From SAR324 cluster bacterium (GTDB taxonomy: Bacteria; SAR324; NAC60-12), in assembly GCA_022448485.1 (NCBI GenBank), contig JAKUUI010000006.1, positions 4,740 through 68,739 of the forward strand: 64,000 bases of DNA, in the 5' to 3' direction. Below are positions 59,060 through 64,000 of the stretch, one piece after another (positions within the stretch are counted from its first letter, which is position 1; each line of letters begins with the position of its first letter). The translations under genes were made by a program, and so were the position numbers. The notes under the pieces are model-generated. The model was not told where the DNA came from. It ran no database searches and saw only the letters and a list, made by a program, of their open reading frames with translations.

Positions 59060-59079
59060 TTTGCACATGGATGTGCAAA
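59060..59079. promoter_or_regulatory. Perfect 9-bp-arm palindrome TTTGCACAT-gg-ATGTGCAAA (operator/enhancer-like)
   Basis: Read directly. It lies about 20 bp upstream of the sigma-54-like element and ahead of the histidine kinase gene. The core TGCACAT..ATGTGCA resembles NtrC-type half-sites (TGCACC). Confidence 0.5.
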
Positions 59080-59097
59080 ATTTTAGTGATCCTTGAA

Positions 59098-59113
59098 TGG
59101 AAACCCTCTTGCA
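59098..59113 (+). promoter_or_regulatory. Sigma-54-like -24/-12 promoter candidate
   Basis: TGGAAACCCTCTTGCA compared with the consensus TGGCACG-N4-TTGCA. The GG and GC dinucleotides have exact spacing, and the full TTGCA is present. It lies 15-24 nt upstream of the candidate kinase start codons. Confidence 0.4.
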
Positions 59114-59127
59114 CTTTTTTATGTGGA

Positions 59128-60783
59128 ATGGAGAGCATGATACATACTCTTAACAAAGTCACACTAAGAAACCAGCATAAAGTTCCCAGAAAAATTAAGA
59201 CTCGGAGAGCCTCACTAGCATCAAAAAGAAGCTTAAAGCAAGATAGACCAGAAAGAAAGCTCAACGAAACCTGGCTGAAAAAAACTCATTTTAGTTTGCT
59301 GGCCATTATAATTTTTGCACTTACTTTTTACCTGAGTTCCCTTCTCCCCCTCTCTTCGCTCAGTTCTCCATCCCTCCCGTTAAAAACACTTCACGAACTC
59401 AATATATTAGCCTCAAAAGTTAGCGGGCTAATGGAAGAAGAAACAGTCAGAACAGATGAAATTGAGCAATTATTGGTCCGTAAATATAAGGGAGTAACAC
59501 ATTTGAGTTTTCTCAGGACAGAAAAATATAAAGCAAATGACGCTTTTCCTGAAAAAAATAGTTCTGAGTTTCTCAGTCAAATTGAGAATAAAGTTTCTTT
59601 TCAGATACCGGTCGGAAAAAATGGAACTCAAGGGATTCTGGTTGTCACTCAGGATATTTCTCCTTTTGCGAAAAAACCTTTTTGGATACGATTGTTGATT
59701 AGTGGAAGTGTGGCTCTGCTTATTGTGGCAATGCTGGTACATAAACAAACTCGCCGCATAACAGACAAGGTTGATGTTCTATGCCGTCACTTCGTTAAAT
59801 ATAGACGTGAGAATGAATCTGGAGAATTATATCCCACCGAATCTTCTGATGGGAGAACTATGATTGGGCAGCGAATAGCAGTTCTTGAAGAGCTTTGGAA
59901 ACGTTTCCAGTCTATGCAGGAAGAACTAGCTCAAAATGTGGAAGAGCTGGAAAACTCAAAACAGCAATTGGAGCAAACAGTGACTGACCTGCAATTGGCT
60001 AAAATGAAGGAACGCCGATTGGTTGAACTTGGAAACACCGTGGCGGAATTCGGACATGACATCCGAAACGCCAACGGTTCCATCTCAAGTTTTGCAACTT
60101 TGCTGTTAAAAATTCTTGATAAGGATCGTATAAAGGCGATGGAGGTGGTTCAAGCACTGACCTACATTCGGCGGATAAAGAACTCTTCAAATAACGTGAC
60201 TGGTTTGACAACAGATATTCTGGATTTTGCTGCTGGTAGAATTGAGATTCGTCCGGAAATATATCAGTTAGACGAATTTCAGGAGCAAATTGAGTCACAA
60301 CTGGGTTTTATTGACGAACTTCTCTTACACTATCGGGTTCCAGCCGGACAACCTGCATTTTTGCTACGAATAGACGGGAGGAAAATTATTCGAGTGATAG
60401 TGAATTTAGTAAAAAATGCGTGGGAGAAATTCCAGGATTCGCCTGAAACAAAAGATGGAAAACCTGCTCAGATTGAGGTTCGTTTTATTCCACAGAATAT
60501 GAGAGAACTAAAGATTCAAATTGTAGATAATGGCAAGCCAATTCCGGATTCTATTTTAACTAATCTATTCCAGTCTTACCAGACTGAAGGCAAGGAAAAA
60601 GGGACAGGGCTTGGCTTGTCAATTTCTAAGCAGCTTATTGATGCACATGGGGGAATGATTCGCGGATACAATCAGTTGGACAACCGAGGCGTGGTTTTTG
60701 AGATAATTCTTCCGGACTGTGTAATTCCTGCTCCATCACGTACGGCTCAGAAAGAAAATGATTCTGTATCTCTGAGTGCATAA
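59128..60783 (+). CDS. Sensor histidine kinase (orphan, with no adjacent response regulator)
   Basis: The H-box is FGHDIRNANGSI, the N-box region is LVKNAWEKF, and the G-box is GTGLGLSISKQLIDAHGG. Two TM segments flank a periplasmic region of about 100 aa. The start is ATG 59128 or ATG 59137, the latter preceded by GGAGAG. The ORF-track start at 59071 lies inside the palindrome. Confidence 0.85.
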   Translation: MESMIHTLNKVTLRNQHKVPRKIKTRRASLASKRSLKQDRPERKLNETWLKKTHFSLLAIIIFALTFYLSSLLPLSSLSSPSLPLKTLHELNILASKVSGLMEEETVRTDEIEQLLVRKYKGVTHLSFLRTEKYKANDAFPEKNSSEFLSQIENKVSFQIPVGKNGTQGILVVTQDISPFAKKPFWIRLLISGSVALLIVAMLVHKQTRRITDKVDVLCRHFVKYRRENESGELYPTESSDGRTMIGQRIAVLEELWKRFQSMQEELAQNVEELENSKQQLEQTVTDLQLAKMKERRLVELGNTVAEFGHDIRNANGSISSFATLLLKILDKDRIKAMEVVQALTYIRRIKNSSNNVTGLTTDILDFAAGRIEIRPEIYQLDEFQEQIESQLGFIDELLLHYRVPAGQPAFLLRIDGRKIIRVIVNLVKNAWEKFQDSPETKDGKPAQIEVRFIPQNMRELKIQIVDNGKPIPDSILTNLFQSYQTEGKEKGTGLGLSISKQLIDAHGGMIRGYNQLDNRGVVFEIILPDCVIPAPSRTAQKENDSVSLSA

Positions 60784-60838
60784 AAAACTTGGGGTTGAAA
60801 ATAAAGATCCTCACTTCCGGAACTCTTTCCTCCATTTT

Positions 60839-61090
60839 TTAAACTGGGTTCACCCATTCGATTGTTGCATTTGTTTGAATGCGTGAGTAATTGAGACCTG
60901 AGCTGCTGTGCTGTTCTTCCATGAGCATGAAATCCAAATCGTACAGGAACGATCGCACAGCCTGGCCAACGGATTCTTCAAATTCTTTAGACTGAATACG
61001 TTTCAGTAATTTTGTATCAATATTTTGCAGGTACATTTGCAATCCTTCAAATAATAGTCGTAGAAAACGGCCGCACTCCTTATTCACCAC
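60839..61090 (-). CDS. Small hypothetical protein (83 codons, GTG start); may be non-coding
   Basis: This is the only open frame in the 550-bp spacer. It has a helical-looking sequence (LRLLFEGLQMYLQNIDTKLLKRIQSKEFEESVGQAVRSFLYDL). I found no recognisable family and no clear RBS. Confidence 0.3.
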   Translation of the reverse strand: MVNKECGRFLRLLFEGLQMYLQNIDTKLLKRIQSKEFEESVGQAVRSFLYDLDFMLMEEQHSSSGLNYSRIQTNATIEWVNPV

Positions 61091-61339
61091 CCTGATGCAT
61101 TCGGTTTACAGGCCAAAGTTGTATACTTGCATTCTTCATCGGCAGATCCGGAAAAATCTTGAGGAAAAAACAGGAAAATTGTCGTAAATATGGTTTTCCT
61201 CAGTAGTACCAAATTCCTTTTCAACTTCAAAGAAAGCTCCTCTTTAAACTGAATATCAACCGAAGATACGTATGTCCTTATAAAGCTTCGTCTGAGGCTT
61301 GAGTTTCATGGTTAAGGTTGTCATAATCAGTTTCTATTA

Positions 61340-62365
61340 ATGGAAGTTATTATCAGGTTGCTGAATAAAAATATGATGAAATGGTTATGCTTTGGAGCGG
61401 CATCAATCACCTGGCTGTTGATACCTTTCGGAGCATTTGTGCGTTTGAAAAATGCTGGACTTTCCTGTCCGGACTGGCCACTTTGCTACGGGCAGTTTCT
61501 TCCACCCCCGGGATTTGAAATTGCTTTGGAAACGGGACACCGTTTCGTTGCAACTCTTTTGGGGATATTAATTATTGTAATCACTGTTGTTACATTTCGA
61601 AAACTCGCATATTCCCATCATAGAAATATAGCCGTCTTCAGCCTGGTTTTAGTTAGTATACAAGGTATTTTGGGTGCATTAACAGTAACAATGGTACTCT
61701 GGCCGCCGGTTGTGATACTACACCTGATGGGCGGGAACCTTTTGTTTGGGATTCTAGTATATTTGGCCAGAGTAACTTTTCTAGATGATGGGAAGTATTC
61801 TTCAGCTAGGGCATATGCTGATAGTAATCCTCGAAAAGACAGAATGATGAAGCGACACCACATAATTTGGATGATAGCTATGCTTTTTTTTATAATTGCT
61901 TCTGGAGGATATAACAGCACGACTTCTTCAGGTCCCCACTGTGAGGCCTTTCCGGGATGTCACGAAGGCAGTTATTTATCATTCGGAATGAGCGGAACAG
62001 ACCTTTCTGCATGGTCAGGAATAGAAGGACACATTTTGCCTCCTGCACCCTCAGGTTTTCATGGACGTTTTCTTCCTGAATATGAAAATGAATGGATCCA
62101 CATGCTGCACCGCCTGATTGCTATTATTGGTGGAGTGACACTGATGATAATGGCGTGGATCTGGCTGAAGAACAAATATGGGTATAATGCAACAGGACTG
62201 AGTATTATTGTCTTAATTCTATTGGAAATATGTGTGGGTGTTCTTAATGCAGTCTACCGTGTTCCAGCACCAATTTCAACTCTGCACACAGCAATTGCGG
62301 CTATGCTGACAGGATTAATTTTTTTTGCAATTGCAGAAAACCAGCATAAAAAGGCGAAAGATTGA
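61340..62365 (+). CDS. ctaA: Heme A synthase (CtaA/COX15)
   Basis: 341 aa with about 8 TM segments. It has the CPDWPLCYGQ motif and conserved His residues in paired helices. Confidence 0.88.
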   Translation: MEVIIRLLNKNMMKWLCFGAASITWLLIPFGAFVRLKNAGLSCPDWPLCYGQFLPPPGFEIALETGHRFVATLLGILIIVITVVTFRKLAYSHHRNIAVFSLVLVSIQGILGALTVTMVLWPPVVILHLMGGNLLFGILVYLARVTFLDDGKYSSARAYADSNPRKDRMMKRHHIIWMIAMLFFIIASGGYNSTTSSGPHCEAFPGCHEGSYLSFGMSGTDLSAWSGIEGHILPPAPSGFHGRFLPEYENEWIHMLHRLIAIIGGVTLMIMAWIWLKNKYGYNATGLSIIVLILLEICVGVLNAVYRVPAPISTLHTAIAAMLTGLIFFAIAENQHKKAKD

Positions 62366-62895
62366 AAACTACATTTACTAGCCGAACAGCTATTACAGTG
62401 ATTGTCCTCGTTTCAGCAGGAATACTGTTTTTTCTGTTTTGGCTAATCTACCTTCGGGAACCAGCAACAAGTGAAAATTCTCTTGATCTCACATTTCTTC
62501 CTGCAGTCAATGCTGTGTTAAATTCACTGAGTGCCGTGTGTCTTTTTCTAGGCTATCTGGCAATCAGAAAAAGCATGCGGGAGCGTCATATTAAAATGAT
62601 GCTTAGTGCTTTATTTTTTTCTTTATTGTTTTTAATCAGCTACCTCACCTATCATGCTTTTAGCGGGGACACATTATTCCAGGGTGATGGCTGGATTCGT
62701 TCACTGTATTTCTTTATTTTGATATCACACATTTTACTTTCAGTCATAGTCTTGCCGATGGTTTTGACTACAGTCTATTTTGCAGCAAGTGGGGATTTTA
62801 CCAGACATCCTAAAATAGCCAGGATTACATTACCGCTCTGGCTTTATGTTTCAGTTACAGGTGTGCTAGTTTACCTGATGCTGTATCACTTATGA
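62362..62895 (+). CDS. DUF420 membrane protein (commonly linked to ctaA / cytochrome oxidase genes)
   Basis: 177 aa with 4-5 TM segments. The TTG start overlaps the ctaA stop. Confidence 0.75.
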   Translation: MKTTFTSRTAITVIVLVSAGILFFLFWLIYLREPATSENSLDLTFLPAVNAVLNSLSAVCLFLGYLAIRKSMRERHIKMMLSALFFSLLFLISYLTYHAFSGDTLFQGDGWIRSLYFFILISHILLSVIVLPMVLTTVYFAASGDFTRHPKIARITLPLWLYVSVTGVLVYLMLYHL

Positions 62896-62957
62896 AGTTG
62901 TTGGAAGCATGAGTCGAAATTTCCTGAACGCTGTGTTCTTGGTGCGAAATTCAGGAG

Positions 62958-63923
62958 TCACATGGAGTTCTGTATTGACTCTTTGTATGCATATTGAAAT
63001 GCGGGGCTGGGGGTAAGTTGTTTTAACGGAGTCCAGTTTTCGCTGATGATTTTCAGACCTTCTGCTTCCTTGACGAGAAACAGGTGTTTGAATCCAACAT
63101 CGTTGAGTGAAGAAGATGTGTATGTCTGAACAAAGCGAACGTGGTAAATATTTTTACTCTTCAGGACCGAAAGATCGTTAACAAGAATTCGGCGCAGTTT
63201 ATTTCGAGTGCTGACATTTTGTTTGTGTGCCTGCCAACTACGGAAATCCCATTTCTCGGTGAGAAAATTTGAAGAATAGAACGACAAGTAATTTTCTATA
63301 TCATTCTCTTCCCAAGCCCGCCTCCATGACTCAATAGTTCCCAGGATGATTTGCTGCTCTCTAGAAATTTCTTCTCTGGGAGAAAAAGTCACCTTTTCTT
63401 CAATAATTACCGGAGTGGCTCCCAATTCAACTGAGCGGGTTAATTCCAGGAAGTTTTTATTGCTGACGGAAATACAACCACGAGTCGGTATGGGGTTGCC
63501 TTCTATTGTCCCGTGAATCCAGATTCCATTCCCGTTTTTCCTTTCGATCACTTGATCAAAATAGTTTGGATAACTGACTTCAAACGCTCCGGTTCCATAG
63601 ACATTGGCACCATTCCCATAATACTGTGCTAACTCCCATCCAGCCCAAGCTTGATTTAGCCAATAAATTCCGATTGGTGTTTTGAGATCTCCTTCACGGA
63701 ATTTATCTCCATTAACCTTTCCGGTGGTACAGGGAAAAACCTTATGCATTTTCCAAGAATTCTGAAACTTATAGACCATCAGGCGACATGCAGATTTGTC
63801 TACGACTATAACAGTTGATTCAGGATAATCGTTGAAAATCAAGCCCTCAGGCCTCAGTTCGTTCCCGTGAACTGAGATTGAACTCAACAGCAGGAAAATC
63901 AAAAGGAAGAATAAATTTTTCAT
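62958..63923 (-). CDS. L,D-transpeptidase (YkuD) family protein with a C-terminal NTF2/SnoaL-like extension
   Basis: The signal peptide MKNLFFLLIFLLLSSISVHG starts at ATG 63923 (the track starts at GTG 63938). The catalytic context is IWIHGT...TRGCISVSN. Confidence 0.85.
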   Translation of the reverse strand: MKNLFFLLIFLLLSSISVHGNELRPEGLIFNDYPESTVIVVDKSACRLMVYKFQNSWKMHKVFPCTTGKVNGDKFREGDLKTPIGIYWLNQAWAGWELAQYYGNGANVYGTGAFEVSYPNYFDQVIERKNGNGIWIHGTIEGNPIPTRGCISVSNKNFLELTRSVELGATPVIIEEKVTFSPREEISREQQIILGTIESWRRAWEENDIENYLSFYSSNFLTEKWDFRSWQAHKQNVSTRNKLRRILVNDLSVLKSKNIYHVRFVQTYTSSSLNDVGFKHLFLVKEAEGLKIISENWTPLKQLTPSPAFQYAYKESIQNSM

Positions 63924-64000
63924 TGCAAGAACAAGCACTGATGCTGCGAGAATATGTGATAAAAAAACTAAGTTTTTCTATGCTTTCGATAGATCCAGTA

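Noticed and set aside
61091-61324. An upstream extension of the 83-codon ORF (60839-61090, minus strand) stays in one frame back to ATG 61324. It has four in-frame stops (TGA 61256-58, TAA 61244-46, TGA 61136-38, TAA 61106-08), which suggested a second nonsense-only pseudogene.
   Set aside because: Four stops in 79 codons is what random AT-rich sequence gives. I recognise no protein family in either part, so there is no homology support comparable to the GNAT case.
1-64000. CRISPR arrays, insertion sequences, integrases, toxin-antitoxin pairs, or restriction or other defence operons.
   Set aside because: I saw no regularly spaced repeat array, no transposase- or recombinase-like ORF and no recognisable defence gene set. 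Only the short repeats listed above are present.

Overview
This is a 64 kb, moderately AT-rich chromosomal segment from a Gram-negative bacterium. The lineage cannot be fixed from sequence alone. It is densely packed with about 50 protein-coding genes, nearly all housekeeping. Left to right they include monomeric isocitrate dehydrogenase (cut by the window edge), a ClC channel, a glycogen block (glgC-glgA) flanked by two different phosphofructokinases, an Omp85-like barrel, bioY and a long PutA-like enzyme. These are followed by queG, a LolA-like/FtsX/ABC/outer-membrane-barrel module, adk, mnmG, an orphan methyltransferase, asd, tdk and CIRCE-controlled clpB. Further right are the gltIJKL amino-acid ABC operon, an acyl-CoA metabolism block, mpl, metY, an ahcY operon, an orphan histidine kinase, ctaA/DUF420 and an L,D-transpeptidase. 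I found no rRNA, tRNA, CRISPR array, transposase, integrase or recognisable defence island. I also cannot point to a convincing undescribed multi-gene system. The best-supported oddities are listed here. (1) A full-length YpeA-type GNAT gene is inactivated only by five in-frame stops and is invisible to the ORF track. (2) A self-contained five-gene LolA-like/MacB-type envelope module. (3) A perfect CIRCE operator in front of clpB. (4) A stem-closed structured element in the long tdk/clpB spacer. (5) Several short repeats and palindromes in intergenic DNA, including a sigma-54-like promoter ahead of the orphan kinase. Functional calls rest on motifs I read in the supplied translations. No database search was run.
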